Assembly (NCBI RefSeq): GCF_022662195.1
Contig: NZ_JAKMCS010000006.1
Coordinates: 3,421-27,420, forward strand
Reading direction: 5' to 3'
Length of the DNA: 24,000 bases
Source of the DNA: Aestuariivivens insulae
GTDB lineage: Bacteria > Bacteroidota > Bacteroidia > Flavobacteriales > Flavobacteriaceae
Within the stretch, counting starts at the first letter, position 1. Every line of letters starts with the position of its first letter. Positions 1 to 9,491 of the stretch are shown here, one piece after another. The position numbers and the translations under genes are program-made. The notes beneath the pieces were generated by a model. It saw only the letters and a program-made list of their open reading frames with translations. It was not told the origin of the DNA and searched no databases.

Positions 1-1
1 T

Positions 2-1018
<1,017 letters not shown>

Positions 1019-1043
1019 TTTTAAGGTTAATTAAGTTTGAGAG

Positions 1044-1069
1044 CCTCCTTAATTTAAGGAGGTTTTTTT
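1044..1069 (+). terminator. Rho-independent terminator of gdhA
   Basis: CCTCCTT (1044-1050) pairs with AAGGAGG (1056-1062) across a 5-nt loop. A run of seven T (1063-1069) follows. It starts 26 nt after the gdhA stop codon. Confidence 0.8.
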
Positions 1070-1156
1070 ATATGATTTAAATCCATAATGCGTTATATGT
1101 AAACGTATTTCCTTAGTAAAATTTGAGTTATGTTTATAAAGCATAAAAAAATCAAG

Positions 1157-1164
1157 TATTTTTG
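1157..1164 (+). promoter_or_regulatory. Candidate Bacteroidota -7 promoter box (TAnnTTTG) for the PorZ-like/recO/TBDR unit
   Basis: TATTTTTG matches the TAnnTTTG consensus and ends 17 nt upstream of the ATG at 1182. I did not see a clear -33 TTG. Confidence 0.35.
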
Positions 1165-1181
1165 ACCAACGAAAAGAAATT

Positions 1182-3524
1182 ATGTGTAGAAGAATAGTTT
1201 TACTTGTATGTATGGTAATGCCTTTTTTGGGGGCTGCTCAAGATTTTTCAAGCCTATGGGAAGGACATTTTTCATATAATAAGGTATCCCAAGTGGTAAA
1301 AGGGGGAAACAAAATATACGCTGCTACCGAAAATGCTATTTTTAGTTACGATACCCAAACCAACGAATTAGAAACCATAACAACAATAAATGGACTTTCT
1401 GGGCAAACCATTTCTACAATTAGTTATAGTGAAGCTTATGAACTCTTAATTATTGGCTATATAAATGGGCTCATTGAAATACGTTTTGATAACGACGATG
1501 AAGTCCTTTCGGTAGTCGATATTATTGAAAAGCCAACAATATTGCCGGCCAATAGAGGGGTCAACCATTTTAATATTCAAAATAATTTGGTTTATATCGC
1601 TACCGATTATGGTATATCTGTATACGACTTAGATCGTTTAGAGTTTGGCGATACCTATTTTATAGGTGATAGCGGAGAGCAGATACAAGTAAGTCAAACC
1701 GCTATTTTGGGTGATTATATCTATGCCTCTTGCTTAGGAGGATATGGTATTAGAAAAGCGTTACATGCCAATTCAAATATCATCGACTATAACAATTGGC
1801 AAACGATTACAACAGGTAATTTTGTAGCTATCGAAACAGCTTTTGACCAACTATATACCATAAGCACAAACAGACGAATTTATAGTATAACGAATGATGT
1901 TCTAACCGAACGGTTTTTATATCCTAGCCTACCGGATGACATGAAATTTAATGATGGTAATTTAATCGTTACTACAAAAGATAATGTGTTTGTTTACGAC
2001 AATAACTTCAGTTCAATAGCTCAGGTTTCTCAAGATGTTACCTTTCCAACTAATTTTACATCCGCAATAACAGATTTAGATTATATATATGTTGGAACAA
2101 CCGATTATGGAGTATTAAAAACCTTATTGTTAAGTCCAAATTCCTTTGAAGAAATAAGACCGGATGGGCCTTTATTGAATAGTCCTTTTGCCTTACAGGC
2201 AGAGCCAAATGGACTTTGGGTGACTTATGGGGCACATGATGTATTTTTGAACCCATTCCCTTTAAATGGTCGTGGCCTTAGTCATTTAAAAGAGGGTGAA
2301 TGGATTAACACGCCTTTTAGTGAATTGTTAGGCGCTAGGGAATTGAAAGCCATTGTAATTAACCCGTCTAATAATAACCAGGTGTTTATTGGTTCTTATA
2401 TTGATGGATTATTAGAAATTAATGATGAAGTTGCAACTGCTTTATATGATGAAAATAACAGTGGCTTAGACGATGCGTTTTTTCCGAGTTTGCCAGATTA
2501 TACTGGGGATGTTAGATTGTCCAATGCCGTTTTTGATAATACAGGTTTGTTATGGACGCTAACCAATTTTGTAGATCCTGCCATAAAAACTTATAATCCA
2601 TCAAGTAACACCTGGAAATCTTATAGTATAGAAGCGGCGGTGGAAAAGGATAACAATGGTTATACCGATTTGGTAATTGCCAATGATGGCACAAAGTGGA
2701 TAGCAACATACGAATATGGTTTGGCGGCGTTTAACGAAAATAATAGTGGGCAACCCGTTAAGGCCATAAATGAAGAAGACGGCAATTTGCCCACAAATTA
2801 TATTACAGCGTTGGCTTTGGATGCAAGAGGGGCCTTATGGATAGGAACCTTTAAGGGACTTCGGGTATTATATAACACGTCTGGTTTTTTTGCCGATGAC
2901 TCTGTCCAAACCAACGAAATTATTATTCTAGAAGATGGTATTGCCAAGGAACTACTGTTCCAACAACAAATTACAGATATTAAAGTAGATGGCTCCAATA
3001 ACAAATGGGTAGGAACCGGTAACTCAGGAGTATTTTATTTCTCTTCAGATGGCCAAGAAACCATTTTTCATTTCACAACCGATAATTCACCTTTACCATC
3101 TAATGCTATTACAGATATTTCCATAGATAATACCAATGGTATTGTTTATATGGCAACAGACAGAGGTTTGGTTGCTTTTAAGTCTGGAGGTTCAAGTCCG
3201 TTTGAAGATCTAGAAAGTGCCTATGTGTATCCAAATCCAGTAAGGCCTAAATTTGATATTGTAGAACAGAAAGTTAAAATAAAGGATATTTCAGAAAATG
3301 TAAACATTAAAATTACCGATATTGAAGGGAATTTAGTGGCCGAGGCACAATCAAGAAACAATTTGCGTTACAATGGGTACAATCTTGAAATTGATGGAGG
3401 TACAGCCTATTGGAATGGTAAAAACCTAGCTAACAATGTGGTGGCCTCTGGGGTTTATCTTATCATGCTTTCAGACTTAGATACTTTCGAAACCAAGGTT
3501 TTAAAATTAATGGTTGTTAGGTAA
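1182..3524 (+). CDS. T9SS-associated double beta-propeller protein with C-terminal sorting domain; PorZ-like
   Basis: It has a signal peptide (MCRRIVLLVCMVMPFLGAAQ). Repeated two-component-regulator-propeller-type blades are present (NLPTNYITALALDARGALWIGTFKGLRVL; NSPLPSNAITDISIDNTNGIVYMATDRGLVAF). The C-terminal T9SS type A sorting domain runs YVYPNPV ... GVYLIMLSD ... KVLKLMVVR. The size (780 aa) and the two-propellers-plus-CTD architecture fit what I recall of PorZ. The PorZ name is inference. Confidence 0.9.
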   Translation: MCRRIVLLVCMVMPFLGAAQDFSSLWEGHFSYNKVSQVVKGGNKIYAATENAIFSYDTQTNELETITTINGLSGQTISTISYSEAYELLIIGYINGLIEIRFDNDDEVLSVVDIIEKPTILPANRGVNHFNIQNNLVYIATDYGISVYDLDRLEFGDTYFIGDSGEQIQVSQTAILGDYIYASCLGGYGIRKALHANSNIIDYNNWQTITTGNFVAIETAFDQLYTISTNRRIYSITNDVLTERFLYPSLPDDMKFNDGNLIVTTKDNVFVYDNNFSSIAQVSQDVTFPTNFTSAITDLDYIYVGTTDYGVLKTLLLSPNSFEEIRPDGPLLNSPFALQAEPNGLWVTYGAHDVFLNPFPLNGRGLSHLKEGEWINTPFSELLGARELKAIVINPSNNNQVFIGSYIDGLLEINDEVATALYDENNSGLDDAFFPSLPDYTGDVRLSNAVFDNTGLLWTLTNFVDPAIKTYNPSSNTWKSYSIEAAVEKDNNGYTDLVIANDGTKWIATYEYGLAAFNENNSGQPVKAINEEDGNLPTNYITALALDARGALWIGTFKGLRVLYNTSGFFADDSVQTNEIIILEDGIAKELLFQQQITDIKVDGSNNKWVGTGNSGVFYFSSDGQETIFHFTTDNSPLPSNAITDISIDNTNGIVYMATDRGLVAFKSGGSSPFEDLESAYVYPNPVRPKFDIVEQKVKIKDISENVNIKITDIEGNLVAEAQSRNNLRYNGYNLEIDGGTAYWNGKNLANNVVASGVYLIMLSDLDTFETKVLKLMVVR

Positions 3525-4243
3525 TGCTAGTTTCTACAAAAGCCATTGTTTTATCTAAACTTAAATACCGTGACAACGATTTAATCGTTAAATGCTACAC
3601 CGAAAAGTTAGGGGTTGTTAGTGTGCTTTTGCGCAATGTGTTGCGTAGTAAAAAAGGGAGTGCAAAAGTGGCTTATTTTCAGTTATTGTCCCAATTGGAT
3701 ATTGTAATGCAATATAAGGAAAATAGGTCGTTACAAGCTATAAATGAGGTTAAAACAAGTTACATGTATGCTTCTGTTCATGCCAATGTGTTTAAGAGTG
3801 CCATTGCGATGTTTCTTGCCGAAATTCTATCCAATGCCTTACAGGAAGAGGAGGAAAATAAAATATTGTTTAGTTATCTGGAAGCCACCTTACAATGGCT
3901 CGATACAAACTCAGAATATGCAAACTTTCACTTGCTTTTTCTATTGAAACTTACCAAGTACCTAGGCTTTTATCCAGGCGGGTATACCACAGGCTATGGG
4001 TTTTTTAATTTACAGGAAGGAAAATTTGTTTCAAGGGCAGAACATATACATACCATTTCGGGCGAAAATATAGTGCTTTTAAAACAGCTTTTAGGCACGA
4101 CATTTGATGCAATAAACACAGTAAAAATTAATGCAAAGCAAAGGCAATCCTTTTTAAATATGATTTTGCGGTATTTTGAGTTACATTTGGGAAGTTTTAA
4201 ACACCCCAGGTCATTACAGATTTTCAACCAAGTTTTTAGTTAA
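3524..4243 (+). CDS. recO: DNA repair protein RecO
   Basis: The 239-aa length and the N-terminal OB-fold signature (MLVSTKAIVLSKLKYRDNDLIVKCYTEKLG) are typical of RecO. Its ATG overlaps the upstream stop codon (TAATG at 3522-3526). Confidence 0.8.
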   Translation: MLVSTKAIVLSKLKYRDNDLIVKCYTEKLGVVSVLLRNVLRSKKGSAKVAYFQLLSQLDIVMQYKENRSLQAINEVKTSYMYASVHANVFKSAIAMFLAEILSNALQEEEENKILFSYLEATLQWLDTNSEYANFHLLFLLKLTKYLGFYPGGYTTGYGFFNLQEGKFVSRAEHIHTISGENIVLLKQLLGTTFDAINTVKINAKQRQSFLNMILRYFELHLGSFKHPRSLQIFNQVFS

Positions 4244-4246
4244 AAC

Positions 4247-6655
4247 ATGAAGTTCCATCTTAATATATTTTTCTTTTTATTAATAACTGGAGTCTTGCAA
4301 GCGCAGCAAATAAAAGTTCTCAACCAAATAACCCAAGAGCCTGTTTATGGGGTTGCCATTTATAATGCTGATAAATCAAAAAGTATTATAACCAATTTTA
4401 AGGGAGAGGCATCATTAGACCGGTTTTCCAATTCAGAATTAATCTATTTTCAGCATTTAACCCATGTGTTAAAAGTGTTGGTTAAAGGGGATATCAATAA
4501 AAGTGGTGTGGTTTATTTAGAATTGAATACCCAAGGTCTGGAAGAGATAGTGGTTTCGGCTTCTAAATTCGAGCAGAATAAGCGTGACATACCTCAAAAA
4601 ATTGTTAGTATAAATGCGGAAAACGTAGCATTTGTGAATCCGCAAACCAGTGCCGATTTATTAGGTAGTACAGGACAAATATTTGTGCAAAAAAGTCAGT
4701 TGGGTGGTGGTAGTCCCATGATTAGAGGGTTTTCAACCAATAGATTGCTCATTACTGTTGATGGCGTAAGAATGAACAATGCTATTTTTAGGGGAGGGAA
4801 TTTGCACAATGTTATTTCCGTAGACCCTTTTGCGGTGCAGCGTACAGAGGTGACTTTAGGGGCTGGTTCTGTTATTTACGGTAGCGATGCCATAGGGGGA
4901 GTGATGAGTTTTTATTCGGCAAAACCACAATTGTCCTATCGTGATTCACTATTGTTAAAATCTAATGCAGTTGTGAGATATGCTTCGGCCAATAATGAAA
5001 ATACCGGTCACTTCGATTTTAATTTGGGCTATAAAAAATGGGCGTTTCTTACAAGTATAAGCTATACCGATTTTGATGATTTAAGAATGGGTAAGTATGG
5101 TCCCGATGAATATTTAAGGCCAGAGTTTGTGATACGGGTTAATGATGAGGACCGTATGGTGCAAAGTAGCGATCCTTTAGTTCAAAAATATACAGGGTAT
5201 AACCAAATTAATGTATTACAAAAGGCACGTTTTGAAGCAACCAAAGATCTAAGCTTCGATTTAGGCCTGCATTATACATCTAGTTCTAATATTCCAAGGT
5301 ACGATCGTTTAATTAGATATAGAGGCGATAACCTACGTTCTGCAGAGTGGCACTATGGCCCACAAAAATGGTTTATGTCCAATCTACAAGTGACTAAACT
5401 TAGTAGCGGTTCTAATTTTTATGATAAAATAAAGGCTACATTCGCCTATCAAAACTTTCAAGAAAGCAGGGTAGATAGAGACTTTCAATCTAGCTTAAGA
5501 AACAGAAGGGAAGAAGCTGTAGATGCCTACTCGGTCAATTTTGATTTTGAAAAAAGACTAAGTTTGAAAACAGAATTCTTTTATGGTGCAGAGTATGTAT
5601 ATAACAAAGTACACTCTAGCGGACGTGAAGAAAATATTGAGACCAATACATTTTCTAAGGATGTTTCTAGATACCCTAATGGAGCTACATGGCAATCGGC
5701 GGCAGTATACACTAGTTTAAAATATAAACCCAATGTTAAGTTTGTATTTCAATCTGGGTTGCGCTTTAACCATATCGTTTCCAAAGCAAACTTTAAAGAG
5801 AATAATGTCTTTCTGAATTTACCTTTCGAGTCCTCTGAAAATAAATCTGGGGCATTAACAGGTATGGCAGGTATCACTTGGATGCCAAGCTCAGTTTTAG
5901 AATGGCGTTTAAATGCCTCGTCTGCATTTAGGGCACCAAATATTGATGATATTGGGAAAGTTTTCGATTCAGAGCCAGGTGCTGTAGTGGTGCCTAACGA
6001 AAATTTAAAACCAGAATATGCCTATGGAGGGGAATTAGGTGTTAAACTGCATTTTAAAAATGTGGTTTTAGATATGAGTTCCTACTATACTTATTTGGAT
6101 AATGCATTAGTGCGCAGAGGTTTTAGCTTAAATGGCGAAACCCAAATTGATTATGATGGTGAATTGAGTGATGTTCAGGCCATTCAAAATGCTTCAAAAG
6201 CCTGGATTTATGGCTTTGAAATAGGTCTTGATGCGCAATTAACGAGAACCCTTAAGTTAAAATCACAGTACAGTATTATTGGTGGTACCGAAGAGAATGA
6301 TGGTGTTGAGGTGCCCGTAAGGCATGTGGTACCAAGTTTTGGTAATGCGCATTTAATTTGGGCGCCAAATAATTTTAAGGTTGATGCATTTGTAAACTAC
6401 AATGGTGAATTTTCTTTTGATGAATTAACACCTTCCGAAGCTAAGAAAGATTATATCTATGCTTCAGATGCCAATGGGAATCCATATTCTCCCTCCTGGT
6501 ATACATTAAATTTACGCGCTCAGTATCAGTTAAGCGATGCTTTGGTTCTAATAGCGAGTATAGAGAATATTGCAGACAAGCGTTACCGCACTTATTCTTC
6601 AGGAATAACTGCTGCTGGAAGAAATTATATACTGTCTTTAAAGTATAGTATTTAA
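4247..6655 (+). CDS. TonB-dependent outer-membrane receptor (CarboxypepD_reg-like N-domain, plug, barrel)
   Basis: It has a signal peptide (FFFLLITGVLQAQ). The plug domain reads DIPQKIVSINAENV...ADLLG...GGGSPMIRGFSTNRLLITVDGVRMNN...VEVTLGAGSVIYGSDAIGGVMSF. The C-terminal barrel carries a RYRTYSSG...SLKYSI end. It starts 3 nt after the recO stop. The substrate cannot be told from the sequence. Confidence 0.9.
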   Translation: MKFHLNIFFFLLITGVLQAQQIKVLNQITQEPVYGVAIYNADKSKSIITNFKGEASLDRFSNSELIYFQHLTHVLKVLVKGDINKSGVVYLELNTQGLEEIVVSASKFEQNKRDIPQKIVSINAENVAFVNPQTSADLLGSTGQIFVQKSQLGGGSPMIRGFSTNRLLITVDGVRMNNAIFRGGNLHNVISVDPFAVQRTEVTLGAGSVIYGSDAIGGVMSFYSAKPQLSYRDSLLLKSNAVVRYASANNENTGHFDFNLGYKKWAFLTSISYTDFDDLRMGKYGPDEYLRPEFVIRVNDEDRMVQSSDPLVQKYTGYNQINVLQKARFEATKDLSFDLGLHYTSSSNIPRYDRLIRYRGDNLRSAEWHYGPQKWFMSNLQVTKLSSGSNFYDKIKATFAYQNFQESRVDRDFQSSLRNRREEAVDAYSVNFDFEKRLSLKTEFFYGAEYVYNKVHSSGREENIETNTFSKDVSRYPNGATWQSAAVYTSLKYKPNVKFVFQSGLRFNHIVSKANFKENNVFLNLPFESSENKSGALTGMAGITWMPSSVLEWRLNASSAFRAPNIDDIGKVFDSEPGAVVVPNENLKPEYAYGGELGVKLHFKNVVLDMSSYYTYLDNALVRRGFSLNGETQIDYDGELSDVQAIQNASKAWIYGFEIGLDAQLTRTLKLKSQYSIIGGTEENDGVEVPVRHVVPSFGNAHLIWAPNNFKVDAFVNYNGEFSFDELTPSEAKKDYIYASDANGNPYSPSWYTLNLRAQYQLSDALVLIASIENIADKRYRTYSSGITAAGRNYILSLKYSI

Positions 6656-6711
6656 GCATTCTGAATGTGTATGGCGGATGTTGCTAGGTGGAATTGTATC
6701 CCAGTTCAAAT

Positions 6712-7968
6712 TCACTTGACTTTTATAATGTCATTTATATTGGTAGTGTAGCGTGGCGATAGCCGTTCTTGTCTCATCTTCCAGGTACGTTTTAAATCTT
6801 GGTTGCCCAGTTTAATTTTGTAATCGGCATATTTTTTATTTAAATGATCTATAGCTTGCATTAATGGCTTATGCTTAGGGTTTTCGCTCTGGAATAATTG
6901 TAACTGGTGGTTATTGGTAGGTACTAAGCCCATAACAATAACACCTGCACGTTTGTATTTTATGCCGGGTTTGAAAATTGCCGTAACGGCTTCAACAGCA
7001 CAATGACTTATAACAAGAGAAGAATCTGTTGGGGACGGTAGGTTAACTGCTTTACTTGCTTTATGTTGCTCTACGTCTTTTTTATGTCGGTCACTACTTA
7101 GCATAACATAAACTACATGGCAACTGGAGCCTTGTTTGCGTAGTTTTTCGGCACAGCTGGAGGCAAAAGTGGAAATGCGTTCCTTTATATAATTAAGGTC
7201 ACTATAGGTGTAATCGAAACTTCGGGTAGTTGCAATAGCGCGCTTTGTTTTAATTTCATCTAGCTTTAAGGTAGGAATGCCTTCTAAATCTTTTTTCAGT
7301 TTCCATTCGGTAATAGAAAAGGATTTGCGTACCCAATTATCAGGCAGTTGAACAAAATCGTAAGCTGTTTTACAGCCTTTGGCTTTCAATCTTTTATTCA
7401 AGCCATTACCTATGCCCCAAACGTCTTCAACGGCGATCCATTTTAGGGCTTTAATGCGTTTTTCTTCAGTATCAATAACATAAACGCCCTTAGTTTCCTT
7501 TGGAAATTTTCTAGCAATTTTATTGGCTACTTTACTCAGTGCTTTGGTTGGTGCAATGCCAACACAGGTGGGGATGCCCGTCCATGTTAAAATGCGTTGC
7601 CTAATTTGGGTGCCGTAATCGTTAAAGTTGTAATGGTCGAAGCCCTTAAATGCTACAAAAGCTTCATCAATGCTGTATGTTTCAACATCGGGGGTGAATT
7701 GCGTTAATATGGACATTACCCGACTGCTCATATCGCCATAAAGCGGATAGTTAGATGAGAAAACCTCGATATGGTTAGCTTTACAGAATTCTTCCCATTT
7801 AAAAATAGGGGCTCCCATTGGTAAGCCCAATGCTTTGGCTTCATCACTTCGCGAGATAACACAGCCATCATTATTGGAAAGAATAGCGATAGGCTTTCCC
7901 TGTAAATTAGGGTTAAAAGCACGCTCGCATGAAGCATAAAAATTATTACAATCTACTAGAGCAAACAT
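6712..7968 (-). CDS. umuC: Y-family translesion DNA polymerase V catalytic subunit UmuC
   Basis: The N-terminus [52 protein letters not shown] is nearly colinear with E. coli UmuC ([48 protein letters not shown]). It is 418 aa versus about 422 aa in E. coli. Confidence 0.93.
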   Translation of the reverse strand: [418 protein letters not shown]

Positions 7969-8016
7969 AGTAGGTAAAGATACAAAGACCTTTATGGATT
8001 TTAAAGCCTTGAAGGT

Positions 8017-8232
8017 TTAAAAAGTTATGTCTTTTTCATATTCCAAAATATCACAAGGTTGGCAATCTAGAGCTATACAGATGGCTTCAAGTGTTGAAAA
8101 TCGAATAGCTTTTGCCTTTCCTGATTTTAAAATGGAAAGGTTAGCTTCGGTTATACCAATAAGCCCCGCTAATTCTTTGCTTTTCATTTTGCGTTTGGCG
8201 AGCATTATGTCAAGATTTACAATTATTGGCAT
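8017..8232 (-). CDS. Small XRE/Cro-CI family HTH transcriptional regulator (YozG-like)
   Basis: The 71-aa protein has the HTH_26-type pattern (NLDIMLAKRKMKSKELAGLIGITEANLSILKSGKAKAIRFSTLEAICIALDCQPCDILEY). It lies 3 nt downstream of a DUF2975-like membrane protein gene, which is the usual partner arrangement. Confidence 0.85.
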   Translation of the reverse strand: MPIIVNLDIMLAKRKMKSKELAGLIGITEANLSILKSGKAKAIRFSTLEAICIALDCQPCDILEYEKDITF

Positions 8233-8235
8233 GGG

Positions 8236-8763
8236 TTAGATAGTTAGATCGTTTTCTTGTTTCAATTCATTAGCAGAACTTAGTACTTCACTTAATACTT
8301 GAAAGAATAAGCCAATTGCAATCCAAATAAAGTTTAATTGAAAGTTGTATTCATGCTTGTAATGATTCGTAAACCCACCGCTATGGTATGTCGTGTAATT
8401 GTAATCAATGGGGATGCAAGAAGATATAATAAATCCAAATCCAATTAAAATTAAATATTTTCCAATTTTATTAAACAAATTAATAACCATATTGTCAAAA
8501 ATCTTTAACTCTAAAAAGAATAAAATGATTTTACGAAAAAGATATAGGCAATACACTAAAGCCAAATACACTAAATACTTTAAAAGATAGGAAAAGATTA
8601 GTCCAGCTCCAATGTTTGTATATTCTTTGCCTTTGTATTCAAGACCTTCAGAATTTATTGTAATTATGACGGCAAAGGCAACAATTGGTGATATAGTAAT
8701 TAAAATAATATTTAAGTAATAAATGATATCAGTAATTAGTTTAAGTAACTTTAATTTTTTCAT
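8236..8763 (-). CDS. DUF2975-like multi-pass membrane protein
   Basis: The 175-aa protein has about four hydrophobic helices and the conserved-looking C-terminal tail ELKQENDLTI that I associate with DUF2975. It is paired with the YozG-type HTH. It is very AT-rich: two 60-nt lines counted by hand give about 18-23% GC, against about 40% in a bioF line. Confidence 0.6.
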   Translation of the reverse strand: MKKLKLLKLITDIIYYLNIILITISPIVAFAVIITINSEGLEYKGKEYTNIGAGLIFSYLLKYLVYLALVYCLYLFRKIILFFLELKIFDNMVINLFNKIGKYLILIGFGFIISSCIPIDYNYTTYHSGGFTNHYKHEYNFQLNFIWIAIGLFFQVLSEVLSSANELKQENDLTI

Positions 8764-8769
8764 GTATAA

Positions 8770-8786
8770 TTATTGTTTAACAATAA
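8770..8786. promoter_or_regulatory. Palindrome TTATTG-N5-CAATAA, proximal candidate operator
   Basis: TTATTG (8770-8775), tttaa, CAATAA (8781-8786). It lies 7-23 nt upstream of the DUF2975 start codon. It shares the extended left flank TAATTATTG with the distal copy. Confidence 0.45.
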
Positions 8787-8794
8787 CAAATGTA
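8787..8794 (-). promoter_or_regulatory. Candidate -7 promoter box (TACATTTG on the minus strand) for the DUF2975/HTH (and possibly umuC) unit
   Basis: The reverse complement of caaatgta is TACATTTG, which matches TAnnTTTG. It ends 23 nt upstream of the ATG at 8763 and sits exactly between the two palindromes. Confidence 0.35.
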
Positions 8795-8801
8795 TTTATA
8801 A

Positions 8802-8818
8802 TTATTGAAAAACAATAA
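8802..8818. promoter_or_regulatory. Palindrome TTATTG-N5-CAATAA, distal candidate operator
   Basis: TTATTG (8802-8807), aaaaa, CAATAA (8813-8818). Its centre is 32 bp from the proximal copy, about three helical turns. Confidence 0.45.
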
Positions 8819-8879
8819 ATAATTATTTATAAAAGATAATATTTGGTTTTCAAATTAGTCGTTTCTTGCCCTTAAGATA

Positions 8880-9425
8880 CTAAATGTTTAAACCAATAAC
8901 TTCCCAAATTTGACTATTGGAAGTGTAGTTTTTTAATGGCTTAAAACCAACCGCTTTATGTGCATTGAGAGATCTTGTGTTTTTAATGTCCACTTCGGTT
9001 ATAATAGCCTTGAAGTCGTTTTTTAGTTCTTGTGCCATAAATTGATATAGGCCTCTAAAGACACCTTGGCCCCTTGCGGTTTTATCGATGCATATTTGTC
9101 CCATAATAACATAACTTAAGTGTTTAGGGATAACCGATTCAATTTCATTAAACATAGGAATTAAAACAGGAATTTTTACTTTAAAGTCTGTGGTCATACA
9201 TAGTGCATATCCTATAACCTTGCCATTGTATTTAGCAATAATATGGGGGCAGGCATCATTCATTTGTTTAAGGAGTTCAAAGCTGTGTGTAACCGTAACA
9301 AAACCTTCGGTTTCCTTTTCGATATTGGCTAGGTTTTGAGGCAAGTTGCTTTGTTGCAGCTCTAAGATTTGGTTTAATTCTTGAGCAGTTTTGACCCTTT
9401 GGTATAAGATATTGGTCTTTTGCAT
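8880..9425 (-). CDS. GNAT family N-acetyltransferase
   Basis: It carries the acetyl-CoA-binding motif (IDKTARGQGVFRGLY) and a GNAT-like fold pattern. The ORF-track start at 9431 is a TTG codon. The ATG two codons downstream (9425, MQKTNILY...) is the more likely start. Confidence 0.8.
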   Translation of the reverse strand: MQKTNILYQRVKTAQELNQILELQQSNLPQNLANIEKETEGFVTVTHSFELLKQMNDACPHIIAKYNGKVIGYALCMTTDFKVKIPVLIPMFNEIESVIPKHLSYVIMGQICIDKTARGQGVFRGLYQFMAQELKNDFKAIITEVDIKNTRSLNAHKAVGFKPLKNYTSNSQIWEVIGLNI

Positions 9426-9479
9426 GTACAATTGTTGTTTCTAACAAGCTAACATATTCATAAAGATAGGGATTTTATA

Positions 9480-9487
9480 TACATTTG
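9480..9487 (+). promoter_or_regulatory. Candidate -7 box TACATTTG immediately upstream of bioF
   Basis: It matches TAnnTTTG but ends only 4 nt before the ATG at 9492. That implies either a leaderless or near-leaderless transcript or a chance match. Confidence 0.25.
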
Positions 9488-9491
9488 TTTT

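Noticed and set aside
6656-6711. Looked for a bidirectional terminator between the convergent TBDR and umuC genes, and for terminators after umuD (20663-20720) and the T9SS cargo gene (GGTTT-A-AAACC at 20148-20158).
   Set aside because: I found only palindromes with 1-nt loops (CATTC-t-GAATG, GGTTT-a-AAACC) or 4-bp stems. None forms a convincing stem-loop plus U-tract.
8027-8239. 70-aa plus-strand ORF mirroring the XRE-HTH gene, and a 60-aa ORF (8408-8590) antisense to the DUF2975-like gene.
   Set aside because: The minus-strand translations have clear family signatures (the HTH pattern and the ELKQENDLTI tail). The plus-strand products have none and reflect AT-rich, stop-poor antisense frames.
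9432-9491. Search for a BirA/BioR/BioQ-type operator in the GNAT-bioF divergent region (TTGTT-gtttct-AACAA at 9433-9448) and upstream of bioB.
   Set aside because: There is only a 5-bp inverted repeat, it has no counterpart upstream of bioB, and it does not resemble the TGTAAACC-type BirA half-sites I know. That is too weak to call.
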